This document shows, in pieces, positions 1 through 15,200 of a stretch of 64,000 bases of DNA (position 1 is its first letter; each line of letters opens with the position of its first letter). The DNA comes from Paragordius varius (Eukaryota; Animalia; Nematomorpha), in contig OZ176051.1 in NCBI GenBank assembly GCA_964247055.1, positions 6,758,001 through 6,822,000 of the forward strand. The letters run 5' to 3'. Position numbers and translations under genes: made by a program. The notes beneath the pieces are model-generated. The model had not been told where the DNA came from. It saw only the letters and a program-made list of their open reading frames with translations, and ran no database searches.

Positions 1-3000
1 AAACGGTAGGAAAACTGACTTTAGACAAATTAACTAAACTTAAAATATAACCATATATTAATATTTTTCCATTCTTTTATGTTCAAAATGTAAACCATGA
101 TTGTTATTTATTTCTGATCTAAGCAAGTTTTCGATTTTTTTGGTTTTTAATAAATCATAGAAGCTATAACTTTTTCTGTTGATCAACTAACTCACTTTAC
201 AAGTTATAAGTATTAAAATTTAATTAATATCAACTAAATGCAATTTTTAGCGTACTGGTTTTGGTACACGCTTTCTTTTGTAACATTAAGACAATAAGCA
301 ATATGAATTTAAAAAGACTTAAAGTTTTCTTATCAATTTAATTAATATCTCTATTGGTAACAGTAAAGCCAATAAAAATATATAATATAAATGAGTAACG
401 TTTGAGTAAAGGTAATAGCTTTTAAACAATATATTAGGTAAATTATATATTTTAAAACATATTTTGCCATATTTATAATTAATTAAAACTAACACTCACC
501 GTTGAAACTGATCCATGAAAAAAGTGTAATTAACACGATCAACAGCATGGTAATAAATTTAAAATATGAAATAAATAATATTTATTGTAAGTTTATTTAC
601 CTCAAAAATGATTGTTTAAGCTGTTAACAAAAAATGTGTGTTGTTAGCAAAAATTAAATTTTACAGATTAATGACTAAAAATGATAGTCGGTCATGACCG
701 TGTCTAATAGCTGAATTCAGTAATATACCAGGTAATAGATAATAAAGAAAAATACAAAATCTAATTTATTTAGCATTTTTTAGTATATTCTAGTAAGACT
801 CTTAGGAAATTTGATATATCAAGATATGGTGTGTTTGAACTACGCGATGTTACATTTTATGGTAATTGCACCATAAAATTGTAAAAAGCTCCTTTTATAT
901 AAAATAAAAAATTTTGGTAAAGATAATGGCTTTAAAATTTTGTTTATATAAAAAATTATATTAAAAACACAATGTCATCATCAAAGCTGTTGATCTTCAG
1001 AATTGAAGGTAGCTGATTTGAGATAAGTTTTTATTGCTGTTTTCTAATTTTTTCTATTTTCCGCATCTACCATTTTTAGTTTGGCCTCATTAACATCATA
1101 TATAGTACTGATTCAGCTTTTGAAGGGTCTGCCAGGTTTTGAGCTAGTTGTGGAGTAGGACCTCATTATGTGTATATAATTATCTGGTGGTGTACGACCA
1201 GCTCAATCTTAGTTCTTTTTAGGCTTTTAGAAAGGGGTCAAGAGCAGGGATTTTGAGGATTATAATAATCGAATTGATTATTAAAGTAACATTTTAATAT
1301 GCGTTTAAATCAAAATATCCCGGGATAAAACTAAGATCCTTAAAATTATGTCATTTGAGCTATTAAAGCATGTTTTAGGGTATTTTGAAGCAAGGGATGA
1401 CATAACATACCTCAAATTTTTATTTATTTTTTTTCCAATTTTGGAAATTTGAACACATTTGAATAAAGTTTAATAGAAAATTCATCAAAGAAAATTCTGA
1501 GGTGATAAAAATCTTGAGAGCATGTAATTATATGGAAGAAGTGATTTTATGATAAAGTCTTTACATTTCAATCATACTTTTAAATGTCATAAAATACGCT
1601 TCACTAAAATTTTGCAAGTTTTGTAGCAAATTATATGTTTTTCGAGCAAAAACAAGCCCGTTTAGAGAAGTCTGAAAAATTGACTTTAACCTCCACATAG
1701 GTTAAAACTTAATATGAATGTCATTTGTCTTTTTAGTTTATAATATATTTTAAGATATTTTTGAATGAAACGTTTAACCAAAAATTTTATTAAGCATGTC
1801 CGATAATTTTACAATTTTATCTGGAGCAATTACCCCAAAAGCTTGAACTCCTTAAGCCCAAATCAAATGGACAACGAGAATGTATTTTATATATTTATCA
1901 GGATATTTATACCCGATGGGCACCAGGTATATATATATATATATATTGTATTAAATTAGGAGTTTTTCTTCGTTTTTGGACAATAAATTTTTAGATAGGT
2001 TGAAAATAGAATCCGAAAAAAACCGATAGTCAAGCCCCCATTTAAGTAATGAAAGGGAATAATCATAATAGGCAAAGAGCTGATAAGATCTGTTCAAAAT
2101 AAAATTTGTAAAAGTAATGTTAAGAAAAACATTAATTTACAAAATAAAAATAAGGTTTTTGATTATCTTGATAACAATAATCCCTTTCTCCTAATGACAA
2201 TTGATTCAAGTTTTGATAATTGTTTAAGGAACTACAATTTTATTTAGGATTGGAAAATCCAGGATACCCATGAGTTCCTAAGTAAAACACGCTATTAAAA
2301 TGACGGGCACTTCGTAACAATATAACCTATAGGAACAAACGATGTTTAGCCTTGCAAATTAAATTTTGAGAGTGTGCGTGTTATGACATGTCACGCGTGA
2401 CTGCAATTCAATTGAAAACGAAAACTGATTATAAATTGGAATATTTATGGTGATTTTATTCTGCATTACTTGATTTTTATAATTAAAAAATATTTTTTCA
2501 GGATTATTTTATTTATTCGATTCGTGACTACTTAAAAATATTATCATATGCCGCCATAAATATCTGAGGAATCTTTAGGGTAATTTTTAACTCTCTTAGC
2601 CAAGCCAGAAAAGGTAAAACAGAATATGCCTTAATAAAATTGGACATCGATAAATTTAAAACAAGTGCGTTCGAAACTATAATTTTACTTAATATATAGA
2701 TGATAGTTAAGGTCGAATTGGACAAAAATAATTTTATCCTTAAGAATGGCGATATTTATGCTTAAAACACATTTCATTGGATAAAAACAAGAAATGCATC
2801 GAATTAAATAAACCTTTCTATATTATAACATGGATTGATTTTATGGACGAAATTTTTTTCTTACGGTATAACCTAATTGGTTTACAATTTACTGTATAGT
2901 TAAATGAAAAATCTCTTCATAAACCATTTTCGATTTTGTATATAGACCTTTTTTCAGTCAGGCATTGCCGGAAGCCCAAGATTTAAGTTTTGTCACTATA

Positions 3001-3496
3001 TCATGTACCCTAAAATGATTGCAAGTGTAAAATGATTAACAATTATTTTTTCGAATATAAAAGTTTGTGACGCTTTCTATGCCACTAAAATATAGAAATT
3101 TGTTTTCTGTCCTAAAGAAAACGGTTAAATGAAAACGTCCTTGAACTGATATTTATGGGAGAATTACAAAAAATATTTGATTCGGTATATAATATCAATA
3201 AAAAATATATAATATCATTTATTTTAAAATATTTGTCGATAGGCAGCTTTTTAATTGTCATCATTTAAGTTCATCATCTCATTCTTCTTCTAAATATTTA
3301 TAAATATTAAAAATGGATTAAATTATCGAGATTAATTATGATTTCATTAAATTGGCTTACTGGTGTATTCCTCATCTAAAATAAATGTAATAAACAATAT
3401 TTAAATAATTGTCCCGTATTCATGATGAGTAGTTTTATTGAATAATAGCCCCTAAACCTATGCTGTGATCATCAGATTGTGATTTTTTTTATTAAC

Positions 3497-3717
3497 CTTG
3501 GTTTTATAGTTGCAATTACAGAGTTATCATTTTCATCGAATCGACACAATAGGCATATAAAGAAGTTGTTGAATATGTTAAAAAGTTTAAATTTTAATAA
3601 AATGGCAATTTTATGTTTTCTATTTATCATTCCTATATACATGATATCTCCTAAATTTTGAATAAATAAGAGCAAAATAGGATTAGAATCATTACACCCT
3701 AATATTAAACCAAACAT
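3497..3717 (-). other. Possible coding exon of an unresolved minus-strand gene
   Basis: Open 74-codon stretch (MFGLILGCND...IATIKPR) bounded by an acceptor-like ttttaaag and a donor-like AG|gttaat; no consistent downstream exon chain or recognisable homology. Confidence 0.2.
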
Positions 3718-5491
3718 TGACTTTAAAATATATCATCCTATTTTTTTGATTAATGTAAAAAAAAGAGACTAACTGTATATTTATATGAATTCAAATGCTC
3801 TAAATACAAATAGTTAGTCATAATGTTTAAACTAATGTAAATGTGCAATATGCTTTTTTCCGCAATTGATTATAAGGAGCGATTTATCGATATTACTAAA
3901 TATGCTTTTTGTTATATTAGATAAAACGATATAAATTAAAATAAATATATTAATTATAATTACCGATATATTGAATATCTGGGACAATATAAAATATTTT
4001 AGCGGGCCAATAATTTTATTATAATGAAATTAAAAATTTACAATCTTCGTGCTCAGCTACTTCTAAATGTATAGAACAAATAAATTAATTACTTGGAAAT
4101 TTTATGAAAATAAATATTTCAAAACTAAAAATATTTTCCAAAAATAATTATGGTTGAAAGTATCTTGTACTAAGGACAGTATGGTTAGTTAAGATTTATT
4201 TTTGCTAACTTAACTCTTACTTTCCATATGAAAGCGAATAGTTTACAATTCTATTTTTAAACTTTGTTAACTGTCATTTTTTACATGTCTAATTTATGGT
4301 TTGTCCGAATCGCTAATATTTTTATCATCATCGCTAGAAATCACAGCAAACAGTCAAATTCTGTATATATTTTCTTACATATTTAAAAAGTTATACTGAA
4401 GTTTGTTCTCGGATATTAGAGAAAACTACTTAGATTATTAATAGATTTGCGATAAAATCATGGAGGACCCTAGATCCAAAATATTTCTTCGGCCCGTGAG
4501 AAATTTCAAATACAAAATTATAGTAAATTTTAAATAAATATATTTTCTTAAACAAATTTTTTGATAAATATTTAGGAATTATGGCAATGAACTAGAAAAA
4601 AGTGATAAAATAAATAGTTGTTTTTATTAGGTCTAAAATCTAATGAAATATTTGTTAATGCACATATATTTTCCGAATTCAGCCGGAAGAATACTGGTCT
4701 AAAAACGCTGCCCGCAAAGCTATTTGTGTTGGGCACTCATGCTCTAGAGGAGATGAATGCATAAAATAGAAATTAGGCATAATTAAAAATTAGCATTTTT
4801 ATTAATTTATATTTATAGGTCCACAGATAACGATTAGAATATTGTATCTTGCTAATATTAAAATTAATAATTTCTAATCTGAGATTTTTAAGGTGTTTTA
4901 CGACAAATGTAAATTTATAAAATCTGAATTTTTTTTAAATCGAAATACCATTTGGCTTATATTGTTGACCCCTTTACAGAGTTTATCAATAATTTTTTAA
5001 AATTTGTTTTAAAAAATGAAAATTTTGAACTCATTTTTAGCATGTTAATATTGAAGAAACTTAAATAATAATGTAATTACCCTCAAGATCCACAATATTT
5101 ACTTAATTAAAAATTGTTGATTAAATATAAATCATTTAAACAATATAACATGAATTAAATTACAATTAATCCTCTGTTCAATTGCTAAAAATAAATTATT
5201 CAATTTATGCATTTTTAAGATAAACTCCTATATTGCAAACTTTTTTATTTTTAACATTTGTAAAGATAAACTATTTTTATATTAAAACTTTAGGATGTTT
5301 TATGACATTTTCTAAAAATCTATTTGCGGTTATCTTAAGAATTTATATAATTTACAAGATTGAGTTAGGCTGGTTAAAAATAATAACTGGTGTGACAATC
5401 TATACAGTCATTTTGGTCAAAAGCATAATTATTCGTCAATTGTTAAATATTTATTATTACTGAAAAAAACAAAACGAAGAGAAAATATAGA

Positions 5492-5636
5492 AAATTATAT
5501 ATTAATATATTTCTGCAAATTTGATATAAATTATTTTTAACCATTATTTTAGCATAAAATAATTTATATCAAATTTGCAGAAATATATTAATATATAATT
5601 TACTATAAATTATTTTTAACCATTATTTTAGCATAA
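5492..5636. repeat. Perfect 46-bp inverted repeat plus 33-bp direct repeat at the 5' junction of the RTE element
   Basis: 5492-5537 is the exact reverse complement of 5556-5601 (18-nt loop); 5525-5557 is repeated directly at 5604-5636. Confidence 0.9.
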
Positions 5637-6054
5637 TCTTATTTTTTTTATCAAATTTGAGTTACATTGTAGCTAAAACGGTGTGTAAGAAAAATTAATT
5701 TTGATTTTTTAATTTTCGCGCGCGCGTTCGACCCATCTGACGCTACTTCAAAAACGAAAAATTCTTATCGTTATCTATTTATTTATTTTCAAAGTTTATT
5801 CTATCTTTTATCAGTTTTTCTCATTCATTCAAAAAATGCACGAAATTACCTTTATAATATATTCCAAATCAATATTCTTAGGATTCGTATTTTATTTTAT
5901 TTTTATTTATTGATATATATTTATGCATGTTTTTGTGTTTTTTTTATTATTATATTTTTGGTTAAAATTTTTGATTCTGTTTTAGTTGCATTTACATATT
6001 AGTTACTATATATTTTAGTGTTTATTTTCATCTATATTATTCTTCTAATTTATT

Positions 6055-6873
6055 GTGTTTTTGTTTTTTACGAGTGTTTTTTGTAAGGCGTGCAGGCCAG
6101 ACCCGGACAGTCGCTGCACGGAGGTGGCCAATAGGGATAAGGAAGGTTGTAGAATGTGTTTTGCCAGTATAAATGTTGGTTCGTTAAAAAGTAAGTTATA
6201 TGATTTAGTTGAAACTATGAGGGTAAAAGTAAATTTTTTGTGCATTCAGGAGACCAGATACCGTGGAAATGATACTAAGACGTTAGAGGGTGATTATAAA
6301 ATGTTTTATTCAGGTTCTACGGATGGTTACAGTGGGGTCGCCATAATAGTGTGCCCAAGATTTGCCAATCAAGTAATTGAGGTTAGACGTGCTGACAGTA
6401 GAATTATAAGTGTCGACCTATTGTTAAATAAGAGGGTTTTTACTATCTTTAGCGTTTATGCCCGCCAGATAGGGTTAACTAAACCGGAGAAAGATAAATT
6501 TTATGATTTGTTAGACGCAGAAATGACTTCATTAACGAAAGACAGAGAAATTATATTTTGTGGTGATTTCAATGGGCACGTGGGACAAAATAGGAGAGGT
6601 TTTGAGCCTTGGCACGGCGGAAAAGGTTACGGGGTTATAAATGAAGAAGGGGCTAGTTTATTAAGATTTGCCCAATCTTATAACTTTGCTATAACAAATA
6701 CTTTTTTTACTAAAAGGGATAGCCACTTAATTACCTACGAAAGTGGAAATAAGAAGTCACAAATCGATTATATTCTAGTACCACGAAAGTCTTTAAAGTG
6801 TGTTTTGGACTGCAAAGTGATACCTAACCTGCAGATTAGCACACAACACAATTTAATTATGTGTAAATATTGA
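6055..6873 (+). pseudogene. RTE apurinic-like endonuclease (APE) domain
   Basis: Motifs NVGSL, LCIQETR, GVAIIV, GDFNGHVG, SQIDYILV; the frame ends in a stop before the RT domain. Confidence 0.9.
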
Positions 6874-7332
6874 CAGATATACCAATAAATGCCAAAAAGC
6901 CTAAGCTTATAGCGCCGAAGGTAATTAAATGGGATTCTCTAAGAAACAGTAAAGAAAGATTTGTAGAAACGGTAGGCATACTAGACAGGAACAGTGATCC
7001 AGAAAGTGTTTGGTCTCAGGTGGCAAAAAAAATAAGAGAGGCGGGAGTTAAGGTGTGCGGAATGAAAGGTGGCAGAAACCAGGTTTATAGAGAGGCATGG
7101 CTGAAAGACGAAAAAATAATTCTGAAATCGCGAGAGAAAAGAAAAGCTTTTAAAATGTAAAGGTTTACCCACCAAGCAGAAGACAAGGAAAAATATAAAA
7201 GGATTAATAAGGAACTTAAAAGGCTTGTAAGATTGGTCAAAAAAGAAAAGACGGCATCATTGAAGAGTTAAACAGCAAGGTCTAAACAAAGTTTTTAAAA
7301 TTGCTCGACAAAGACACAGAAGAAAGCTGGAC

Positions 7333-8913
7333 TTGCCCCCTTACGCGACAGCTATTAAAGATAAAAAAGGCAAATTACTCGTTGAGAAAGCGAAAATATT
7401 GAAAAGGTGGAAATATTTCCAGGACCTTGAATTGGGCGTCAGTGAAACAAGTTTTCCCGAAACACCAGATTATAAATCTGCGCATATTGAAAGTATAACA
7501 AAAGAAGAAGTCCAGGCTGGTTTAGAAGAGATGTCAATAAATAAGGCTGCAGGTCCAGACGATATTAACATAAACTGTTGGAAAATATTGTCAAGGTATT
7601 GAATTTTTAGCGGATATTTTTAATAATGTAGTTACTACAGGTATGATACCAACCGAATGGAAGGAGAGTTTCACTGTTCCCATTTTCAAGGGTAAAGGAG
7701 ATATTAATGATTGTAATAATTACAGAGGGATAAGATTGATGTCGCATACAATGAAGTTATTTGAGGAGTACTAGAGAAAAGAATAAGTAAAATGGTTAGT
7801 ATAGAGGGTAATCAATTTGGTTTTATTCCAGGAAAATCCACCATTAATCCGATTCACACAGTAAGAAGGCTAATCGAGAAGCATATAGAAATGAAAAAGG
7901 AGTTGCATGGTATTTGTATTGATATTGAAAAGGCATTAAATAGAATACTCCGGAGCACAATATGGTGGAGTTTAAGACGGAAAAAGGTCCCTGAAAGTTA
8001 CATAAAGATTTAAAAAGCATGTACGAACCAAACCAAAATTAAAACACACCAGGGAATATCAGGTCTTATTAAAATAAACGAAGGGGTCTATCAGGGGTCT
8101 GCAATCAGCCCGTTACTATTTATAATATGCATGGACAAAATTTCAAAAGAAGTAGGGCAACATGATGGCTGGTATTTTCTTTATACAGACGACCTAATAG
8201 TGCTGTCCGACGAGTTGCATGAATTAAAAGGTGAGTAAATGGATTGATGTGTTACGACGATGCGGATTAAAAGTTAATAAAAAGAAATCGGAACTGATAA
8301 ATTTTGGCGGACAAAAACGTGAAATAGAATTAGAAGAAGGGTGGGTATTAAAAGGTCAGGAGGAATGCAAATATTTAGGAGCGATATTAGCAGCAGATGG
8401 TTCTTTAACACTTGATATTAATTTAAGAATTCGAAATAGTTGGGCAAATTATAAAAAGATCTCAAGTGTTTTGTGTGACAAAAATATTGACCTAAAAGTA
8501 AAGGGTAAGATTTACAGTGCTGTTGTACCACCAACAATGAACTCACAGACATGGGCAATAAAGAAATCAGAGGAGAGGCACTTTGAGGTTACTGAAATGA
8601 GATGCTTAGATTGATGTGCGGTGTAACGAGGAATGACAAGGTGAAGAATGTCTACATAAGAGGAAGTAAGGAAATCAAACCGGTAACGCAAAAGATGATG
8701 GTAAATCGTTTAAGATGGTTCGGACATGTTGAAAGAAGAGATAAAAATTACATTGGTAAAAAGATTGATGATTATATTGTGAAAGGCAAGAGGGGAAAAG
8801 GGCGCCCTAAAACGCGATGGATAGATACAGTTAAGAGGGACATGGCAAAACTGAACCTAAAACGCGAAGACGCCTTAGACAGGGTTCTATGGCGAAATAG
8901 TTTACGGATATGA
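7333..8913 (+). pseudogene. RTE reverse transcriptase and C-terminal domain, fragmented by frameshifts and stops
   Basis: NNYRGIRLMSHTMKLF, QFGFIPGKST, IDIEKA, GVYQGSAISPLLF, YTDDL (YADD equivalent), RLRWFGHVERR and GRPKTRW, spread over several frames. Confidence 0.9.
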
Positions 8914-9200
8914 CCGCTCGAAAGAGTGAGATCATATAATGTAATTATTATTATTATTTTAGCATAAAGTTGGCTGGTTATTGGCCTCACTTATCCCACA
9001 AATTATTTTGTTTTAGTCATTATAACTAATTAGCAGCTTTTAAAAACATTTCACTTTTTTGGATTTATTTCTCGATTAAAGCTTTAAACCCCTGAACTTT
9101 TCTGGATTGAAAGATTCTTATTTTTCCTAAAATATATGACCTGTCATTTAAAAAATAAAATTTTGATCATTATATAATATGTGAATGTATGTATAATTAC

Positions 9201-12200
9201 CGTCTATAAGAGTTTTTAGGCCTAAATACGTAAATAATTAATCATTAAAATTTATCGATTAGATTATAAAATCGTAGGAAAGTTATTTTTTTAAATTATT
9301 ATTTTTGCGCAATTTCGAATTTTTTTTATTAAATATTTAAATATTTATTCCAATTTTATTTTCAGATATTCAATTATCATTTTTATCTTTTTGCTTTTAT
9401 GCGGTGTAATGGCCTTTTTAATGCTGAAAACGGAGGGTCATTAAGATATGATAAGTAACAAACCTTCTACAAGATTATCCAAATCTAAGATATAATTTTA
9501 TATATATTATATCACTTCGTATTTGAGTCCGTAGTGCATTCCAATAGTCTATTATATGTTTGTTTTACAAATAATGGAAAAACTCGAATCTAGAGCTAAA
9601 AATGAATAGTTGTGAAACCTCCAAAAAGAGTAGTCATTCGTTCTTCTCCTAAATAAATATTATTTGTATCATCATAATATAAATCAATACCTTCAATTAT
9701 GACTAAAAAATTATGGTAAAAATAAAAATCATCATTACAGGGTACTATAATTTCTGACCCTGCATCTGCTTTTTTCAAATCCCAGGTAATATGTATAGTT
9801 TTAATTTTTGGGCCACACAATAGTTTAATAATTGCGAGTTATATGGTCCTATATATAGCTATTTTTGTCTCCTAATTTAGCATAACTTTTACCCGGTTTA
9901 TTGTTGTTTGGAGTTCGATTTTTAGAATATTAACTAGTCTTATTTAAAAGCTCTCTAATAGTAATATAAATATATAAAAAAGCAATAGTCTGGTAAAATA
10001 AAATGCTCAATTTTATTAATTAATATGAAACAACATAATGAAGTCTTACATGAGTTATATTATAATGATTTAAAGTTGTCAAATTTTAGTCGAAAATATT
10101 GTTATACTAGATTAAAATTCAAACAGGTTTGTTTACATGGAACCGTAGTTCCTAGTTTGATCCAGAGGGTAAAGATAGAAACTGGTATAAAAACATTTAT
10201 TAATTATTTTAAGCACTAGGAATCGAAACTAATCCACATACCATTTTCCCTTTTTATATAAATTAAAATTTAAAATCAAAGCATTTTTCAAGAGGTCAAT
10301 CACCAAGGTAGAACCAGTGTTTATATTTTTAATTATTGCATTCAACATAACTTAATTGCTGTATTTTTAATGTTTACTTTTTGTTTTTTTTCAGTTTCTG
10401 CCATCATATAAATGGAAGCTTGTTCTGATAAAAGCGAAGCCGGTACTCATCCCTATAATTTTCTTTTAAATTTGAACTCCCACGAAAAATACGGCTATCA
10501 GCGGGAAAGTAAAAGGGAAAAGGCCTGCGCAATAATTTAAGGTCCCAAAATTACATTTTTAAAATCTATATCAGCTTCATTTTTATACCCAAGCAAAAAA
10601 AAGGATCAAGGTTATTATATGCAGAGGGCGCCGACTTTGGTAATTTTTTGCTAGATAATCATTACAGATGTAATGTTGTATTTTTATAAGATAAATACTA
10701 TAAATTATATATACATGATTCTAGTGCATTGAAACCTAAACATGTATTTTATACTAATAAAATAACTTGCACACAAATGGTTTACGTCTATATGAAAATC
10801 ATTATCAAAAAAATACCCTCGGCAAAATCGGCCATATCTTATTGTAATGAATGTCATTTATCATATTTCAATAAAAATAATAGAAGGAATCTTACAATTG
10901 ACAAGTTGTTGATATGCTATAGATACATATAACATAGACATAAAATTATTTAACTAAAATTATATTACCATATCTCAGATGATTAACACCTAAATATGTA
11001 TGTATAATAAATGGATATAAAATATATTTGTTAATGAAATGAAGGTATGCTTGAAAAAATGGGTTCAGAATTCATAAAGGGTTAATTTATATTAGTGAGA
11101 TTATTAAGAGCCATCTACCAATCACAATATTATTTTGTTGATCAATATCATTTCGAATAATTATTATATCAGCTTTGCCAATGGGCAAACAATTGAAAAA
11201 TTTTGGTCTAAAAATTAAATGTGTAGAAAAATATTGTATTTCAATTATAAGAAATCAATTTAAAATATAATGTATCGGAAAAACATTGTTTAATCCAACT
11301 CCAAACCATTAGAACTTAATTCCCGAATTTAAACATATCTTGGGTCGTTTGGTTATTTTTTTAAAAAAATACACCTAACCAAAAACTGTTTGTCAGTATA
11401 GGTTATAACATTTAACTTAAGTAAAACGCTAAATTTTTTATTATGAAAGACGGAAAAACATACAGACAAATATTATTTTTCAAAAGACCACTCTACCTTT
11501 TTAAACTCGATATTTTTATTATAACTTATTATTTTCAATTGCAAAGTATAAAGATGTTAATTGACACATATCTATATATGATTATGTAATTATATAATTT
11601 ATACAGATATATTAGATTTAAAAAAAATAAGGTCGTCTATTATGTTACTTTTAATCTGTAATTCAATTTTTACTGTATTACAATATATATATAATAACAA
11701 ACCCAATGTAATCCCCTATTAATCTTTCAACAAAGTTTGGTTTAACTATATTAATAGCAAGAATGCCGCTGTTATTTTTATTAAGCCAGACCCTCAAGCT
11801 CAAATTATCATCTTGATAGATAAGAGTGAAAACTTATGGTTCAGGCTTAATAAAAATAATACATTATACCGAAAAAAACCCGATGATATACTTAACTTCG
11901 GGTAGGTCTATGTATCAGGATTATCATGGTTCATTTGCTTTTGACCCTTGAGATTGATGAAAGTTATTTACACTATTGTATGTGGTAAGAGCTATCGTTA
12001 AATAAGTGATATTCTCAAATCGCTAAAATGTATCATAAACTACATATAAAAAGTAAACAATATTTTTTAAAAATTAGATGGTTCGGAGAATTCCAAATTT
12101 TTCTTCGAAAATGAGCTAGCTCTTTTAAAAAAACTCAAAATTGCCTGGATTCACTGACTTAAATTTTGAATATATGATAAATTTTTATATTAACTAAAAA

Positions 12201-15200
12201 TATTTTAAGAATGATGCATATATTTTTTGAAACTTAATTTTTGGAATTTCTATGAAGACTACTTCATACTTTTTTGAGGAATGATGGAAACGGTAAATTA
12301 CCGCTCTAAGACATTATAAAAATACTTTTTGTAAATAATTCGATAATCCTTAACATTATCACCTCATATTTTGACTAAAACATTCGTCCGTGTTCAAATT
12401 TATGTTAAATTAATGTGTTTTTTATATAAAAAAAGCACCAAAATATTTTGGCAAACAAACATTTTAATAAAGATCTTGAAGGGATATGCATATCTAATTA
12501 TGTAGAAAAAGTGTTTTCATATCAAAGAACGTTTGTAAACCGTGTCCATCATGACTAAAACTAGTATGAAGTAAGCTTTATAAAATTTTATTAAATTTTT
12601 GAAAATTTAAAAATGTTTTTTAGTTGATATCGAAATTCAATATATATTTAAAATTTGTTTCGCCAATCTCGGCATTTAAGAGAACCAGCCCATTTTAGAA
12701 GCGAAAGAATTTGGTTTCGAAGCTCACATTTAAATTTTTTTTGATATTGTTTTTCCATGAAGCATTAAGATTTCATCAAAAAAATTTATTTAAAAAAACG
12801 TGCGCAAATTTTCATTTGATACGGAGCACTTACAGTAAAAACTGAATTCATACGAACACGTAAAAGACAAATTTTTTTCTAAAAGACATCCATACTTTTC
12901 AAATCTTGATTTTACAACTGATTGATTTAAATGGCAAATCGTGAAATAGAGATATACATTACTAACACAATCAATTCTATATTTAACAATTGCAACTAAA
13001 TAGCTTTTATGAGAAAAATTAAGGTTTCAAAAAGTATGGTCTTTTAGATTAATATTTTTTTTATATTTTAACGTTTTGTCCGTATAATTTCAATTTTTAC
13101 TGTACAAAAAATATCTCGTAAGGGCTAAAACCTACATGATAATCTTGATACATATTGCTATTATATTTTATCAGGTTATTTTTTATACTTCCCGTTTTCG
13201 GACGCAGTGTTATGGGGCAATTATGGAGAGCAGTGTATTGATTTCAACAAAAAAATATTTTAATTTTTATGTTGCTTTCTAGCTTCTAAAAACCTTAAAG
13301 CTAATTATATTTAAAAATATCTATATTGGTCAAAAATATGTATTGTATAAATACCCATATCGTTCATTTCTTGATCCTCTTAAAAATGTATAGTGTTATA
13401 CCTGGAGAGATGGATTCTTCCGATTCTACAATAAATTGGTATATGTTCTTTGAAGACAAAAATATTTTCTTTATTAAAATAAGTTAAGCCCTGTTGTTAA
13501 ATTACAATTAAGAGTATGAAAACTGTAAATAAACAATCTTACCCGTTTCATAAGGATTATCTATTTATATATAAAATTAATTTATAAAATTGAATAAAAT
13601 TGACTATATAAGCATTAGATTTATAATCCATACTATTAATATTTTCGAGTTCTAATTATAAAAAATAAAATTAGAATATAATATCTTTGCGGGCAAATAT
13701 AAATGCATTTGCCAAAGATATGACATGTTTTCCAAATAACCAATCATGAATATAAGTATATTAGTTTTAAAACTTTACATTTTTTCAATTTCATTTTAAT
13801 TTATAATTTGTTAAACAAATTAAGGACCATAGGAAGAGCACGCCTGAGCAGACATATGTAAACTAAACAGGCTTAAAACAAATTTATAAAATCATTGTGC
13901 TAAGTTTTTGAGCCATTTACTATATTTTTAATAAGACGGCTCTATCATAAGTCCTGAATGATTAGCCTAAACTTTGCTTTATTTCGTTTCAAAAAGCTTG
14001 TGAAATAATCAAATGATACAGTAATTTGAAGCACATCTTTACAAATAATAAGTTTAAAATTGTGCGGTGTAGCCAAATTTAAACGTTATATATATATATA
14101 TATATATATACTGTGTGCAAAAAAGAGATTTTTTAACAAAAGAAAATTTTTTTCATGAGCTAGCTTACGACCAGCGAATTCATTTGCCGTAAAAATTTTT
14201 ATTTGTTGACAACCTAGTTTGTGAAATATGAGAAAATCGAAAGGACAAAAAGTAAAAATTTAGGATAATCAAGGATAAATCAAAAAATAATGATAAAACT
14301 CAAGATATTATGGTTTATTATCATTTTAATAATTTCTTCAATATGTAAATAGCCTAAAATCATATAGTTAGGGTTTCTATAAAATTTCAAAAGATTTTTT
14401 CTTTTAACACACTTAAAAGACAAAAAATTTTTAATGAAACTATATTTAAATAATTTTATAAATTATTTACTACCAAAACTCGCTATTAAAATCATAACAT
14501 TCATATTTTATACAGTAAAAGACATATATAATAAAACCAAAATTATTGTTTTTTATTATGCATTTTTTTGCCATCTAGTTTATGAGTGTATAAAAAATTT
14601 ATACTGTTTTATTTTGGATTCTTACATGAGTGCGATTATATATAGTTTATGTAAAATAGAATTAAAAAGTGTGGAATATCAACCAACAATCCGTAAAAAT
14701 CCCAATAAAAATATTAATTTGTTATGAAACAGACTTGTTACAGAGATTTATAAGGATTGTTGGTTGATATTCCACTACTTTTAAATATTGCATAAATTAT
14801 ATAATTAATCATGTAAGAATCCAAAATAAAACAGTATAAATTTTCATACACTCATAAACTAGATGACAAAAAAATGCAAAAATAAAAAACAATATTTTTG
14901 GTTTCATTTTGATATATAAGTTTTTTTACTCTATAAATGAATGTTAAGATTTAATAATGAGTGTCGGTAGTAAATAATTAAAAAAATTATTTTAATATAA
15001 TTTCATTAATATTTTTTTAAGTGTGTTAAAATAAAAACGCCATCTTTGGGCTAAAATTTTATAGAAACCTAACTATATGATTTTAGGCTATTATATTGAA
15101 AATATATCCAAAAATGATAATAAACCATATTTCATGATTATTTTTTAATGATTATCCTTAATTTTCACTCTTTGCCCGATTTCGATCTTCTTTCAATATT

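Larger units (their letters stand above)
5637..8953 (+). mobile_element. Near full-length, inactivated RTE-clade non-LTR retrotransposon
   Basis: APE endonuclease followed by RT in one orientation, a short (ATT)n 3' tail at about 8943-8957, and a putative target-site duplication attattttagcataa (about 5622-5636 and 8953-8967). Confidence 0.9.

Noticed and set aside
960-1260. GC-richer stretch with broken minus-strand reading frames
   Set aside because: Probably a decayed mobile-element fragment, but no diagnostic motif was recognised
11758-11901. Plus-strand exon-like stretch with IIILIDKSEN, resembling a vWA MIDAS strand, possibly joined to 9366-9454
   Set aside because: Motif incomplete, no convincing start or continuation, and it lies antisense within micro-exon gene 2; too weak to call
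14434-14727. 97-aa ORF and nearby ORF 15148-15333
   Set aside because: They lie in the arms of the non-coding palindrome; low-complexity AT-rich translation
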